The notes: generated by a model from the letters alone, not told the origin. Counted from the first letter of the stretch, positions 1 to 10,351 are shown. The stretch: DNA of 46,443 bases from Actinomycetes bacterium (GCA_021784035.1 JAJXTD010000001.1:1-46443); one strand, 5' to 3'. Translations and numbers: made by a program.

Positions 1-1672
1 CGACCCGTTCGAGCCGCGCGCCGGTCTCGAGCACGAGGTCGTCACGAGCCGTGAGGTCCTGCGCCGCATGCTGATCCACGCCCTCACCCGCGACCGGGAG
101 AGCCCACACGGTCGGACCCGAGCGGCTCCACGCGCCGCCCAGCACGGCCACGACGTCGTCCGCGCCGTCGCGGTAGGAGACCCGGACGGTCCCGGGCACG
201 CCGGTGACGTTGCGGTAGCCGGGGGTCCCGAGCAGCGCGAGCGCCGCGACGAGCAGGTGTTCGGCGCGCACGTCGGCGGGGACGGTCGGCGTCAGCACCT
301 CCGGGTGCTCGACGAGGAAGTCCGTCGTTGTCTCGCCGGCGAGGAACGCCGGGTGCTCGAGCGTGGCGGCGAGCGTGAGCTGGTTCGTCGTCACGCCGAG
401 CACGGCGACGTTGCGCAGGTACGCCGCGAGGTTCCCCGCCGCCTCGCCGCGGGTGTCGCCCCGCGCGACGACCTTCGCCAGCAACGGGTCGTAGTACGAC
501 GACACCGCGCCGCCCTGCTCGAACCCGCTGTCGACCCGCAGCCAGTCGTCGTCGCCGGCCGCGAGGTCCCAGGACTCCAGCACGCCGGTGCTCGGCAGGA
601 AGTCGCGGGCCGGGTCCTCGGCGTAGAGGCGGACCTCGACGGCGTGCCCGGAGCGGGTGATCGCGTCCTGCGCCAGCGGCAGGGGCTCGCCGCGCGCCAC
701 GGCGAGCTGCCAGGCCACGAGGTCGAGACCGGTGACCAGCTCGGTCACCGGGTGCTCGACCTGCAGCCGGGTGTTCATCTCGAGGAAGAAGAACTCCTGC
801 TCCGGCCCGGTGCCGGACACGAGGAACTCCACGGTCCCCGCACCGACGTAGCCGATCGCGCGGGCGAGCGCGAGGGCCGCGGCGTACATCCCGGCCAGGG
901 TCGCGGAAGTCGCTCCCGGCGACGGCGACTCCTCGACGATCTTCTGGTGCCGGCGCTGGATCGAGCACTCGCGCTCGAACAGGTGCACCACGGTGCCGTG
1001 CGCGTCGCCGAACACCTGCACCTCGACGTGGCGGGCCCGCTCGACGTAGCGCTCGAGGAACACGGTCGGGTCGCCGAAGGACGCCTGCGCCTCGCGCTGC
1101 GCCCCCGCGACCGCCTCGGGCAGTCCCTCGGCGTCGCGCACGACACGCATGCCCTTGCCGCCGCCGCCCGCGGATGCCTTGACCAGCACGGGATATCCGA
1201 CCTCGGCCGCTGCCGCGCGGAGGTCGGCGTCGCTCGCGTCGGCCGGGAGATCGGCCCCCGGGAGGAGCGGGACACCGGCGTCCGCCGCGATCTGCTTCGC
1301 CCGCACCTTGAGCGCCATCGCCCGCATCGAGTCCGGCGTGGGACCGACCCACACCAGCCCCGCGTCGATGACCGCCTGGGCGAAGTCGGCGTTCTCCGCC
1401 AGGAAGCCGTAGCCGGGGTGGACGGCGTCGGCGCCGGTCCGGTGCGCGGCGTCGAGCAGCGCCGCCGCGTCGAGGTAGGTCTCGGCCGAGGTGGAGCCGG
1501 GCAGGGCCACGGCGTAGGTCGCCTCGTCGACGTACGGCGCGCCACGGTCCGGCTCGGCGAACACGGCGACGGTCTCGATGCCGAGTACGGCGCACGTGCG
1601 GATGACGCGCCGGGCCACCTCGCCGCGGTTCGCGACGAGCAGGCGGGTGATCTCGGTCCCCACGGCGCTCAC
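1..1672 (-). CDS. Acyl-CoA carboxylase biotin carboxylase (alpha) subunit, 3' end runs off the window
   Basis: Not in the ORF track. Manual translation from GTG 1672 gives [27 protein letters not shown]..., with [17 protein letters not shown] and [16 protein letters not shown] motifs. GTGA overlap with the beta-subunit stop. Confidence 0.93.
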   Translation of the reverse strand, partial: MSAVGTEITRLLVANRGEVARRVIRTCAVLGIETVAVFAEPDRGAPYVDEATYAVALPGSTSAETYLDAAALLDAAHRTGADAVHPGYGFLAENADFAQAVIDAGLVWVGPTPDSMRAMALKVRAKQIAADAGVPLLPGADLPADASDADLRAAAAEVGYPVLVKASAGGGGKGMRVVRDAEGLPEAVAGAQREAQASFGDPTVFLERYVERARHVEVQVFGDAHGTVVHLFERECSIQRRHQKIVEESPSPGATSATLAGMYAAALALARAIGYVGAGTVEFLVSGTGPEQEFFFLEMNTRLQVEHPVTELVTGLDLVAWQLAVARGEPLPLAQDAITRSGHAVEVRLYAEDPARDFLPSTGVLESWDLAAGDDDWLRVDSGFEQGGAVSSYYDPLLAKVVARGDTRGEAAGNLAAYLRNVAVLGVTTNQLTLAATLEHPAFLAGETTTDFLVEHPEVLTPTVPADVRAEHLLVAALALLGTPGYRNVTGVPGTVRVSYRDGADDVVAVLGGAWSRSGPTVWALPVAGEGVDQHAAQDLTARDDLVLETGARLERV

Positions 1673-3285
1673 ATCCGGAAGACGCCGTAGGAGCTCGACC
1701 CCTGGACGGGTGCCGAGTGGACGGCCGAGAGCGCGAGGGACAGGACGGTGCGCGTGTCGCGCGGGTCGATGATGCCGTCGTCCCACAGCCGGCCGGTCGC
1801 GTAGAGCGCCGTCGACTGCTCCTCGACCTGGGCCTCGAACGCCTCGCGCATCGGTGCGAACGCCGCCTCGTCGAACGTCCCGCCGGCCGCCTCGGTGCGC
1901 TGTCGCGCGACGATGGCGAGCACGCCACCGAGCTGCCTGGGGCCCATCACGGCGATGCGGTGGTTCGGCCAGGTGAACACGAAGCGCGGGTCGTACGCCC
2001 GGCCGCTCATGCCGTAGTTCCCCGCGCCGTACGACGCGCCCACCATGAGGGTCAGGTGCGGCACGGTCGAGTTCGACACCGCGTTGATCAGCTTCGCGCC
2101 GTCCTTGATGATGCCGCCCTGCTCGTAGCGCGTGCCCACCATGAAGCCGGTGACGTTCTGCACGAACAGGATGGGGACGTCGTGCCGCTCGCAGAGCTGG
2201 ATGAACTGCGCGCCCTTCTCCGCCTCCTCGCTGAACAGGATGCCGTTGTTCGCGAGGATCCCGATCGGGTGGCCGTCGAGGTGCGCCCAGCCGGTGACGA
2301 GGGTGGTGCCGTAGAGCGGCTTGAACTCCTCGAGCTCGCTGCCGTCGACGACGCGCGCGATCACCTCGCGCACCTCGAACGGGACGCGGACGTCGGCGCT
2401 CGCGATGCCGAGCAGCTCCTCGGCGTCGTACGCCGGTTCCACGGACGCACGCGACGGTCCGGGCCCCTGCTTGCGCCAGTTCAGGTGGCCGACGATGTCG
2501 CGGCCGATGCGCAGCGCGTCGGGCTCGTCGACGGCGAGGTAGTCGGCGAGGCCGCTGACCCGCGCGTGCATCTCGGCGCCGCCGAGCGACTCCTCGTCGG
2601 CGTCCTCGTCGATCGCCATCTTCACGAGCGGGGGACCGCCGAGGTAGACCCGCGCGGCGTCCTTCTGCAGCACGACGTAGTCGCTCATGCCCGGGACGTA
2701 GGCGCCGCCCGCCGTGGACGAGCCGAAGACGAGCGTGATGGTGGGGACGCCTGCGGCGGAGAGCCGGGTGAGGTTCTTGAACGACGCGCCACCCGGCACG
2801 AAGATCTCGGCCTGCTTGGGCAGGTCGGCACCCGCGGACTCGGTGAGCGACACCAGCGGCAGCCGGTTCGCCCGCGCGACCTCCATCGCGCGCAGCCCCT
2901 TGGCCACGCTGGTGGGCCCCTGGGCCCCGCCCTTCACGGTGGGGTCGTTCGCGGAGACGACGCACTCGACGCCGCTCACCCGCCCGATGCCGGTGACCAG
3001 TCCGCCGCCGAGCGGGTCGTCGGTGCCCCAGCCGGCGAGCGGCGAGAGCTCGAGGAACGGCGAGCCGCGGTCGAGCAGCAGCCCGATCCGCTCCCGCGGC
3101 AGGAGCTTGCCGCGGGAGCGGAGCTTCGCGACCGAGGCGACGTCCTTGGCGGCGTCGCCGGAGCCGCCGCCACGGACGACCCGGGCCTGCAGCGCGTCGA
3201 GCTCGGCGAGCGCGGCGAGCATGGCCGCGCGGTTGGCGGCGTACGACGTCGCACGGACGTCGAGGCGGCTGGCGATCCGGCTCAT
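1669..3285 (-). CDS. Acyl-CoA carboxylase carboxyltransferase (beta) subunit, MCC/geranyl-CoA (AccD2/AtuC-like) type
   Basis: 538 aa with [31 protein letters not shown] and the C-terminal YGVFRM typical of this subfamily. Confidence 0.93.
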   Translation of the reverse strand: MSRIASRLDVRATSYAANRAAMLAALAELDALQARVVRGGGSGDAAKDVASVAKLRSRGKLLPRERIGLLLDRGSPFLELSPLAGWGTDDPLGGGLVTGIGRVSGVECVVSANDPTVKGGAQGPTSVAKGLRAMEVARANRLPLVSLTESAGADLPKQAEIFVPGGASFKNLTRLSAAGVPTITLVFGSSTAGGAYVPGMSDYVVLQKDAARVYLGGPPLVKMAIDEDADEESLGGAEMHARVSGLADYLAVDEPDALRIGRDIVGHLNWRKQGPGPSRASVEPAYDAEELLGIASADVRVPFEVREVIARVVDGSELEEFKPLYGTTLVTGWAHLDGHPIGILANNGILFSEEAEKGAQFIQLCERHDVPILFVQNVTGFMVGTRYEQGGIIKDGAKLINAVSNSTVPHLTLMVGASYGAGNYGMSGRAYDPRFVFTWPNHRIAVMGPRQLGGVLAIVARQRTEAAGGTFDEAAFAPMREAFEAQVEEQSTALYATGRLWDDGIIDPRDTRTVLSLALSAVHSAPVQGSSSYGVFRM

Positions 3286-3306
3286 GGCTCCCCCTGACGG
3301 GCAGAC

Positions 3307-3339
3307 TTGACGCTAATGTCAACTTGACGGCCGCGTCAA
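3307..3339. promoter_or_regulatory. Two tandem palindromes TTGAC-N6-GTCAA, candidate repressor operators for the carboxylase operon
   Basis: TTGACGCTAATGTCAA (3307-3322) and TTGACGGCCGCGTCAA (3324-3339), 22-54 bp upstream of the start at 3285. Confidence 0.6.
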
Positions 3340-3363
3340 CCCTGATCCGCCCGGGCCCCCGAT

Positions 3364-3492
3364 CGCCGTGAATGTGCCCTGAACTGCGCTAGGCGCAGCG
3401 GGAGCTCCCTCCACATTCCGGACGACGATCGGCCCGGCGTGAGCGGGGGAACGAGAACTGCTTCTAGCGCAGTTCGGGGCACCTTCACGCGG
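3364..3492. repeat. ~130-bp intergenic element with ~35-bp terminal inverted repeats (REPIN/MITE-like), copy 1
   Basis: Left arm CGCCGTGAATGTGCCCTGAACTGCGCTAGGCGCAG pairs with right arm CTGCTTCTAGCGCAGTTCGGGGCACCTTCACGCGG. Homologous in inverted orientation to 24508-24639. Confidence 0.8.
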
Positions 3493-3575
3493 AAAGGGGG
3501 CGGGCCGGGGCGAGCGGGCCGGGGGCGTCGGCGGGTCGCGGGGTGAGGGTCTTGGGGACGGGCGATGATCGACCT

Positions 3576-4811
3576 GTGAGCGACCTGACCACCTGGGCAC
3601 GGGCCCGGCGCGCGGCGCGGGAGGCCGCCGGGGCGCTGCCCGTCGTCGAGGTACCGCTCGCTGCGGCCGTCGGCGCGGTGCTGGCCCAGCCGCTGGTGTC
3701 CGCCACGCCGCTCCCGCCGTTCGACGCCGCCGGCATGGACGGCTGGGCGGTCTCCGGGCCCGGTCCCTGGACCGTGGTGGGCGAGCTGCTCGCCGGCCAG
3801 GTCCTCGACCGCCTCGTCGACGGGGCCGCGGTCCGGGTGGCGACCGGCGCGGCGCTGCCCGCGGGCGCCGACGCCGTGCTCCGGCGCGAGCGCGGCCTGC
3901 TCGAGGAGGACCCGCACGGTGCGTACGGCGCCCAGCTGTGGGTCGGCGACCCGGTCCGCGGCCTCCGGGCACCCCATCCGGGCTACGTCGAGCCCGGGAC
4001 CGACGTCCGCGCGCGTGGTCAGGAGTGCGCGGCCGGCGAGCACCTGCTCGAGGCCGGCGGGGTCGTCACCCCCGTCGTCGCCGGCATGGCCGCGGCCGCG
4101 GGCTACGACGCGCTGCCGGTCGTCCGGCCCCCCGACGTCGCGGTCCTCGTGCTCGGCGACGAGCTGCTCGAGCGGGGCCACGCCCGCGACGGCCGGGTGC
4201 GCGACGCGCTGGGCCCGATGCTCCCCGGCTGGATCGCGTGGCTCGGCGGACGCGCGTTCCCGCCGGTCCGCGTGCCCGACACCCTCGCCGCCCTGCTCGA
4301 CGCGCTCGACGACGCCAACGCCGACGTGATCGTCACCACCGGCTCCACGGCCGCAGGTCCGGCCGACCACCTGCACGCCGCGCTCGACCGGCTCGGCGCG
4401 CACTGGGTCGTCGACGGCGTCGCCGTACGGCCCGGTACGCCGATGTGCCTCGCGACGCTGCCCGACGGCCGGCACGTCCTCGGTCTGCCGGGCAACCCGC
4501 TGGCCGCCGTGTCCGCCGTGCTCACCCTCGCCGCACCGCTCCTCGCGGTCCTGCGCGGCGAGGCCGGCGCCGACGAGGCGCGGGTCGAGCAGGCCGTCCT
4601 CGCCGTCGATGTCACCCCGCACCCGGAGCACGTCCGGCTCGTCCCGGTGACCCGGCGGCGGGCCGAGCCCGGTGGCGACCCGGCCGCGACACCGACCCTG
4701 CACGCGGGGCCCGCGATGCTGCGCGGCCTGTCGCTCGCCGACGGCGTCGCCGTGGTCCCCCCCGGCGGCGGGGCCCGCGGGTCGGGTGTCGCGGTGCTGC
4801 CCCTCCCGTGA
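3576..4811 (+). CDS. moeA: Molybdopterin molybdenumtransferase MoeA
   Basis: PPFDAAGMDGWAV, ATGAALPAGADAV, GDEL, TTGSTAAG and GLPGNP motifs. Start set at GTG 3576 (ORF is open from 3543). Confidence 0.9.
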   Translation: MSDLTTWARARRAAREAAGALPVVEVPLAAAVGAVLAQPLVSATPLPPFDAAGMDGWAVSGPGPWTVVGELLAGQVLDRLVDGAAVRVATGAALPAGADAVLRRERGLLEEDPHGAYGAQLWVGDPVRGLRAPHPGYVEPGTDVRARGQECAAGEHLLEAGGVVTPVVAGMAAAAGYDALPVVRPPDVAVLVLGDELLERGHARDGRVRDALGPMLPGWIAWLGGRAFPPVRVPDTLAALLDALDDANADVIVTTGSTAAGPADHLHAALDRLGAHWVVDGVAVRPGTPMCLATLPDGRHVLGLPGNPLAAVSAVLTLAAPLLAVLRGEAGADEARVEQAVLAVDVTPHPEHVRLVPVTRRRAEPGGDPAATPTLHAGPAMLRGLSLADGVAVVPPGGGARGSGVAVLPLP

Positions 4812-4893
4812 GCCCGGTCGCTACGGTCGCCCCGTGGCGGGGCGACCGCGTGGTCGTCGTCCGCCCCGCACCGAGCACGAGAGGATGACCCGC

Positions 4894-5877
4894 ATGCGTG
4901 CCGTCACGGTCGCCGCGCCCGGGGGACCCGAGGTCCTCGGCTGGGGTGAGGTCCCCGCGCCGGAGCCCGGCCCGGGCGAGGTGCTGGTCGACGTCGTCGC
5001 CTCCGCGGTCAACCGCGCCGACCTGCTCCAGCGCCAGGGGTTCTACCCGCCACCACCCGGCGCGTCGGACGTCCTCGGGCTCGAGTGCAGCGGCCGTGTC
5101 GCCGCGCTCGGGCCGGGCACGCAGGGGTGGGCCGTCGGGGACGAGTGCGTCGCGCTGCTCGCCGGCGGCGGCTACGCCGAGCAGGTCGCCGTACCGGCCG
5201 GTCAGCTCATGCGCGTGCCTCGCGGCGTCGACCTGGTGACCGCCGCGGCACTGCCCGAGGTGGCCTGCACCGTGTGGTCCAACGTCGTCCTGCTCGCCCG
5301 CCTGCGGGCCGGCGAGATGCTGCTCGTGCACGGCGGCGGCGGTGGCATCGGGACGTTCGCCGTCCAGGCCGGCGTCGCCCTGGGCGCGCGCGTGGCCGTC
5401 ACGGCCGGGTCCGTCGAGAAGCTCGAGCGCTGCCGCGAGCTGGGCGCGGAGCTCCTGGTGAACTACCGCGACGACGACTTCGTGGACGCCGTCCGCGGGG
5501 CGACCGGGGGCCGGGGAGCCGACGTCGTGCTCGACAACATGGGTGCGGCGTACCTCGCCCGCAACGTCGAGGTCCTCGCGCCGGGCGGCCGGCTCGTCGT
5601 CATCGGCCTCCAGGGCGGGGCGCGGGCCGAGCTCGACCTCGGGCTCCTCATGGCCAGGCGCGGGTCGGTCTCCGCGACGACGCTGCGCGCCCGGCCGGTC
5701 GAGGAGAAGGCCGCGATCTGCGCCGCCGTGCAGGCCGAGGCGTGGCCGCTCGTGGAAGCCGGTGCGATCGTGCCGGTGGTCGACCGCGTCCTCCCGATGA
5801 GCGAGGCCGCCGAGGCCCACCGGGTGGTCGCCGCGAGCGACCACGTCGGGAAGGTCGTGCTCGTCACCGGTCGGTGA
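4894..5877 (+). CDS. NAD(P)H-quinone oxidoreductase, PIG3/zeta-crystallin family
   Basis: VNRADLLQRQGFYPPPPGAS, GLECSG, LVHGGGGGIG and HVGKVVL motifs. Confidence 0.92.
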   Translation: MRAVTVAAPGGPEVLGWGEVPAPEPGPGEVLVDVVASAVNRADLLQRQGFYPPPPGASDVLGLECSGRVAALGPGTQGWAVGDECVALLAGGGYAEQVAVPAGQLMRVPRGVDLVTAAALPEVACTVWSNVVLLARLRAGEMLLVHGGGGGIGTFAVQAGVALGARVAVTAGSVEKLERCRELGAELLVNYRDDDFVDAVRGATGGRGADVVLDNMGAAYLARNVEVLAPGGRLVVIGLQGGARAELDLGLLMARRGSVSATTLRARPVEEKAAICAAVQAEAWPLVEAGAIVPVVDRVLPMSEAAEAHRVVAASDHVGKVVLVTGR

Positions 5878-5903
5878 GCGACATCCGCCAGGGCGGAGAC
5901 AGA

Positions 5904-5946
5904 GGCGAGGCGCCGCCAGGCCAACACGACCCGGCGGCGCCTCGCC
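5904..5946. terminator. Hairpin between convergent genes, probable bidirectional terminator
   Basis: 14-bp perfect stem GGCGAGGCGCCGCC / GGCGGCGCCTCGCC. Confidence 0.55.
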
Positions 5947-5975
5947 GTACCCTCCTGACAGCACGGCCCTGCATG

Positions 5976-6965
5976 TCAGTCGAGCGTCAGCGCGTAGCCC
6001 TGCATCGCGCGGACGGCCGTCATCCCGACGCTCTCGTAGAGCCGGACCGCGCCGGTCGTGTTCTCGGCGTCGACGCCGAGCTGCGTGCCGGCGCGACCGA
6101 TGTCGCGGTAGTGGACGAACGCGCGCTGCAGGAGCATCCGGGCGAGGCCGCGTCCGCGGAACTCCTTGCGTACGCCGAGGATCGAGACGTAGCCGTCGCC
6201 GATGTCGGCCCGGCTCTCGTCCAAGAGGCAGATCGCGGCGTCCGTCCCGTCGACGGTGAGCAGCCACCAGCCGTCGGGGTCCCGCGTCGACCCCGAGGAC
6301 ATGTGCCCCCACCACTCGTCGTACTCGCGCGGCACGAAGTGCCAGTGGTCGAGGAACGCCTCGTTGTCGACGGCGCAGATGCGACGCCGCGTCGCCTCGT
6401 CGTCCGAGACGACCAGCGCGACGCCGTCCGGCAGCGGCGGCGCGGTCGCCGGGACGAGCGGCGAGGCCGACTCGATGCGCATCCGGTAGAAGCGGCGCAC
6501 CGGGGTGAAGCCGTGCGCGAGGATCACCGCGGCGTAGTCCTCGTCCGCGGTCCACGCTCCGGACCGCACGGTCCACGGACCCGGCTCCGGCGCCGCGTCG
6601 CGGTGCCGGTGCGCCACCTCGACGCCGCGGGCGAGCCCGAGGTCCCGCACCTCGAGCGCCCGCAGGCCGGGCGGGGCGAAGACGTCGACGAAGGTGTCGC
6701 GCGCCGTGGTGTCGGCCTCGACCCAGCACAGGCCCACCGGCTCGTCGCCGTCGAACGCGAGGAACGCTGCGTCGCGGTCCGTCGTCGGCAGCGTCAGCAG
6801 CGCCTCGACGTCGCCGGCACCGGAGTCGGGCCCCCCGAGGACAGCGACGTCGCAGGCGGTCACCAGCCGCACCGCCACCGCGAGGTCCTCGCGGTCGACA
6901 CCGTCGGCGCCGTACCTGATCGGACGGGTCGTCAGTGCGCTCGCGCCGGCCACCTGGTCGCTCAT
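5976..6965 (-). CDS. Tandem-domain GNAT acetyltransferase (MshD-like architecture)
   Basis: C-terminal part of ORF 5976..7685 from MSDQVAG. Acetyl-CoA motif LGVRKEFRGRGLA and GVDAENTTGAVRLYESVG. Confidence 0.85.
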   Translation of the reverse strand: MSDQVAGASALTTRPIRYGADGVDREDLAVAVRLVTACDVAVLGGPDSGAGDVEALLTLPTTDRDAAFLAFDGDEPVGLCWVEADTTARDTFVDVFAPPGLRALEVRDLGLARGVEVAHRHRDAAPEPGPWTVRSGAWTADEDYAAVILAHGFTPVRRFYRMRIESASPLVPATAPPLPDGVALVVSDDEATRRRICAVDNEAFLDHWHFVPREYDEWWGHMSSGSTRDPDGWWLLTVDGTDAAICLLDESRADIGDGYVSILGVRKEFRGRGLARMLLQRAFVHYRDIGRAGTQLGVDAENTTGAVRLYESVGMTAVRAMQGYALTLD

Positions 6966-7077
6966 GCGATCGAGGATGGCGATGCCGGCCCGGCGCTGTC
7001 GCGCGGGTTTCCGCGGAGCGGACCCGCGGGCGCCCGGTGCCGCGCGGGGTTCAGCTGTGCGCGGTGCCGCGCGGGGT

Positions 7078-7587
7078 TCAGTGCTGCGCGGCGGGCAGCG
7101 CGGCGATCCGCCGCGCGAGGTACGGCGAGAACCACCCGGCGTACTTGGCCTGCAGCTCGCGCTTCGTCCAGTCCAGGCCGGTGACGACGCCGCGACACGT
7201 CGGCTCGCCGCAGAGGCACTCGAACTCGTCGTAGTCGCTCGAGTCGCACGTGGCGTAGTCGAACGTGAGCTCCTCGCCCGGCGCGATGTCGCGCATCGCC
7301 ACGAGCAGCGTGGCGCCGACGAGGCCGCAGGACGGCTCGCAGGAGTGGTTGAGCATGTCGCCCGGCTCCGGCGTCTCGTCCGAGACGAGGTAGAGGCCCT
7401 CGTCGACCTGGATCGAGCGGCCCTGGCGGTCCTCGCTGAACGTCGAGAGCGTCTCGCGGGTGACGATCCATCCACCGAACGCCGCGACCGTGGTGCCGGC
7501 GGGGATGGGCTCGGTGGCGAAGGAGCCCCAGCCCTTGGCACCGACAGGACGCGCGTCCGCGGTGGGGTGCAGCCAGTTGTAGTCCAC
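7078..7587 (-). CDS. SET-domain protein-lysine methyltransferase with post-SET Cys motif
   Basis: KGWG, NHSCEP, ELTFDY and post-SET CLCGEPTCRG. RBS AAGGAG upstream. Confidence 0.9.
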   Translation of the reverse strand: MDYNWLHPTADARPVGAKGWGSFATEPIPAGTTVAAFGGWIVTRETLSTFSEDRQGRSIQVDEGLYLVSDETPEPGDMLNHSCEPSCGLVGATLLVAMRDIAPGEELTFDYATCDSSDYDEFECLCGEPTCRGVVTGLDWTKRELQAKYAGWFSPYLARRIAALPAAQH

Positions 7588-7830
7588 GTGTCGTCTCCTT
7601 CAGTGACGATCGCGCAGCCCGGTGCCCCCGCGGGTCCGGTGCCCTCACCCCTCACGGTGAAACGCTGGTGCGTGCCGCCAGGCACGCCGGACGCGCTATT
7701 GGATCATGCGTGGGTGAACAGTGGCGAATCGCGCATCCCGTTCCGGCGTATGACTGAATGACAGTTCAGGATCTGTGGTGCCCCTGGCCCGGCCTCGACT
7801 GCCGCCCCCGGGCGGTGATGTGATGGGCGC

Positions 7831-8418
7831 ATGACCGAGACCCCACCGGCCCCCGCGGGCCCCGACGCGGACGGCGCCCAGCAGGACGACGACGCCCGCA
7901 TCGTCATCGTCGGACCCGACGGCCGGCCGATCGGTTACCTGCCCGCCGAGACCGAGTCCGACGAGTCGAACGAGGGCTCGGTCGCCGACCTCGTGGAGCA
8001 GCCGGCCAAGGTCATGCGCATCGGCAGCATGATCAAGCAGCTGCTCGAGGAGGTGCGCACCGCGCCGCTCGACGACGCCTCCCGCACCCGGCTGCGCGAC
8101 ATCCACCGCCGCTCCATCGCCGAGCTCGAGCAGGGGCTCGCGCCCGAGCTCGTCGAGGAGCTCGAGCGGCTGTCCCTCCCCTTCACCGACGAGCGCGTAC
8201 CGTCCGACGCCGAGCTGCGCATCGCGCAGGCCCAGCTCGTCGGTTGGCTGGAGGGACTCTTCCACGGCATCCAGACCGCACTGTTCGCCCAGCAGATGGC
8301 GGCCCAGGCGCAGTTCGAGCAGATGCGTCGGCGGGCCATCGCGTCCGCGGCGCACAGCGACACCGGCGTACCCGGCGTGCCCGTCCCGACCGAGGGCGGC
8401 AACGGCCTCTACCTCTAG
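7831..8418 (+). CDS. bpa: Bacterial proteasome activator Bpa/PafE (DUF2587)
   Basis: [42 protein letters not shown] and a C-terminal HbYX motif GLYL. Confidence 0.92.
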   Translation: MTETPPAPAGPDADGAQQDDDARIVIVGPDGRPIGYLPAETESDESNEGSVADLVEQPAKVMRIGSMIKQLLEEVRTAPLDDASRTRLRDIHRRSIAELEQGLAPELVEELERLSLPFTDERVPSDAELRIAQAQLVGWLEGLFHGIQTALFAQQMAAQAQFEQMRRRAIASAAHSDTGVPGVPVPTEGGNGLYL

Positions 8419-8444
8419 GCCGCGCTCCCCGTAGGCTGCGGAGC

Positions 8445-9758
8445 ATGATCGATCTGAGGCTCCTGCGCGACGACCCCGACCGGGTGCGCGCCTCGCAGCG
8501 TGCGCGGGGCGAGGACGAGACGGTCGTCGACCGGCTCGTCGCCGCCGACGAGGCCCGGCGGGCGGCGGAGGTGTCGTTCGGCGCCCTGCGCAACGAGCAG
8601 AAGGAGCTGGGCCGGCGGGTCGGGCCGCTGCAGGGCCGGCTCAAGAAGGCCGGCGACGACGAGCGGCCCGCGCTCGCGGCCGAGCTCGACGCGCTCCTGG
8701 CCGGGGCGGCCGACCTCGCCGAGCGGGTGAAGGCGGCCGAGACCGCTCGCGACGCCGCCGACGCCGAGACCACGGCCCTCCTCGCCGAGCTGTCGAACCT
8801 CATCGACCCGGCCGCGCCGGTCGGCGGCGAGGACGACTTCACCGTCGTCGAGGAGGTCGGCGTACGCCGCGACTTCGCGGCCGAGGGCATCACGGTCCGC
8901 GACCACGTGGAGATCGGCGAGCTGCTCGGCGCCATCGACATCGAGCGCGGCGCGAAGGTCTCCGGCTCGCGCTTCTACTACCTCACCGGCATCGGGGCGC
9001 TGCTCGAGCTCGCGCTGGTGAACCACGCGATCGCCCTCGCCTGCGGCAACGGCTTCACGCCGATGATCCCGCCCGCGCTCGTGAAGCCGTCCGCGATGGA
9101 GGGCACCGGCTTCCTCGGCCAGGCCGCGGAGAACGTCTACCGGCTCGAGGCCGACGACATGTACCTCGTGGGCACCGCCGAGGTGCCCCTCGCGGCGTAC
9201 CACTCGGACGAGATCCTCGAGGCGTCGAGCCTGCCGCGGCGCTACGTCGGCTACTCGCCCTGCTACCGCCGCGAGGCCGGCTCGGGCGGTCGCGACACCC
9301 GCGGCATCTTCCGCGTCCACTGGTTCGACAAGGTCGAGATGTTCTCCTACGCGCACCCGGACGACGCGGTCGCGGAGCACGCGCGGCTGCTGGGCTGGGA
9401 GCGCGAGTTCTTCGACTCCCTCGAGATCCCCTACCGCGTCATCGACGTCGCGTCCGGCGACCTCGGCGCCTCGGCCGCGCGCAAGTTCGACATCGAGGCG
9501 TGGGTGCCGAGCCAGGAGCGCTACCGCGAGGTGACGTCGACGTCGAACTGCACGGAGTTCCAGGCGCGACGCCTGCGCATCCGCATGCGGGACGAGGACG
9601 GCGTCCGGCCGCTCGCGACGCTCAACGGCACCCTCGTCGCCGTCACCCGGGCGATCGTCGCCCTGCTGGAGAACCACCAGCAGGCCGACGGCTCGGTCCG
9701 CGTGCCGGTCGCACTGCGCCCCTACCTCGGTGGCCGCGAGCTCCTCACGCCGCTGTGA
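8445..9758 (+). CDS. serS: Serine--tRNA ligase
   Basis: [34 protein letters not shown] and TLNGT. A TAGGCT -10 element just upstream suggests a leaderless transcript. Confidence 0.97.
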   Translation: MIDLRLLRDDPDRVRASQRARGEDETVVDRLVAADEARRAAEVSFGALRNEQKELGRRVGPLQGRLKKAGDDERPALAAELDALLAGAADLAERVKAAETARDAADAETTALLAELSNLIDPAAPVGGEDDFTVVEEVGVRRDFAAEGITVRDHVEIGELLGAIDIERGAKVSGSRFYYLTGIGALLELALVNHAIALACGNGFTPMIPPALVKPSAMEGTGFLGQAAENVYRLEADDMYLVGTAEVPLAAYHSDEILEASSLPRRYVGYSPCYRREAGSGGRDTRGIFRVHWFDKVEMFSYAHPDDAVAEHARLLGWEREFFDSLEIPYRVIDVASGDLGASAARKFDIEAWVPSQERYREVTSTSNCTEFQARRLRIRMRDEDGVRPLATLNGTLVAVTRAIVALLENHQQADGSVRVPVALRPYLGGRELLTPL

Positions 9759-10303
9759 CCGGGGCTCCCGTACCGCCCGACGTCCTGGCCGGGCCGCGCC
9801 TCGACCTCGTGCTCGTGACCGTCGAGCAGCTGCTCGCGCGGGCGGCCGCCGACGGCCCGGTTCCGCTCGGCTACGCCGATCCCGAGGACGTCCTGCACCC
9901 GGACCGGTCGCCGCTGCGGTACCGCGTGGCGCAGGTGACGGCCGACCCGGGCGTGAACCCGTGGCTGCTCCGGCTCGCCGTGCTGCGCGCGACCGGCGAG
10001 ATCGTCGGGCTGGTCAACTTCCACGCCCCGCCCGACGCCGACGGCATGGTCGAGATCGGGTACCGCGTGCTGCCGGCGTACCGCCGTCGCGGCTACGCGC
10101 GCGAGATGGCCGGGACGATGTGGGCCTACGCCGCGAGCCACCCGGACGTCCGCGTGCTGCGCGCGACGCTCGCGCCGGACAACGCCGGCTCGCGCGCGAT
10201 CGTCGAGGGCGCCGGCTTCCGGCACGTCGGCGAGCAGGACGACCCCGAGGACGGCCTCGAGCTCGTCTACGAGCGCCCCGTCCCCGACTACCCGCCGACG
10301 TAA
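9755..10303 (+). CDS. GNAT N-acetyltransferase (RimJ/RimL-like)
   Basis: GTGA overlap with ser[20 protein letters not shown] and [14 protein letters not shown] motifs. Confidence 0.85.
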   Translation: MTGAPVPPDVLAGPRLDLVLVTVEQLLARAAADGPVPLGYADPEDVLHPDRSPLRYRVAQVTADPGVNPWLLRLAVLRATGEIVGLVNFHAPPDADGMVEIGYRVLPAYRRRGYAREMAGTMWAYAASHPDVRVLRATLAPDNAGSRAIVEGAGFRHVGEQDDPEDGLELVYERPVPDYPPT

Positions 10304-10351
10304 CTGATCAAGAGGTTGCTTCCCGGGCCGGGAGACGACCCGTTGATCAGT
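10303..10351. repeat. REP-like imperfect hairpin between convergent genes
   Basis: ACTGATCAA...TTGATCAGT ends enclose further paired segments; locally AT-richer than the flanks. Confidence 0.5.

Noticed and set aside
68-3297. Long plus-strand ORFs 68..1690 and 1717..3297, and many similar antisense or off-frame ORFs across the window
   Set aside because: Shadow ORFs of real genes, expected in high-GC DNA; Arg/Gly/Pro-rich and without motifs.
5976-7685. 569-aa ORF suggesting a SET-GNAT fusion or overlapping gene
   Set aside because: The N-terminal extension is an off-frame read of the SET gene; the GNAT starts at 6965.
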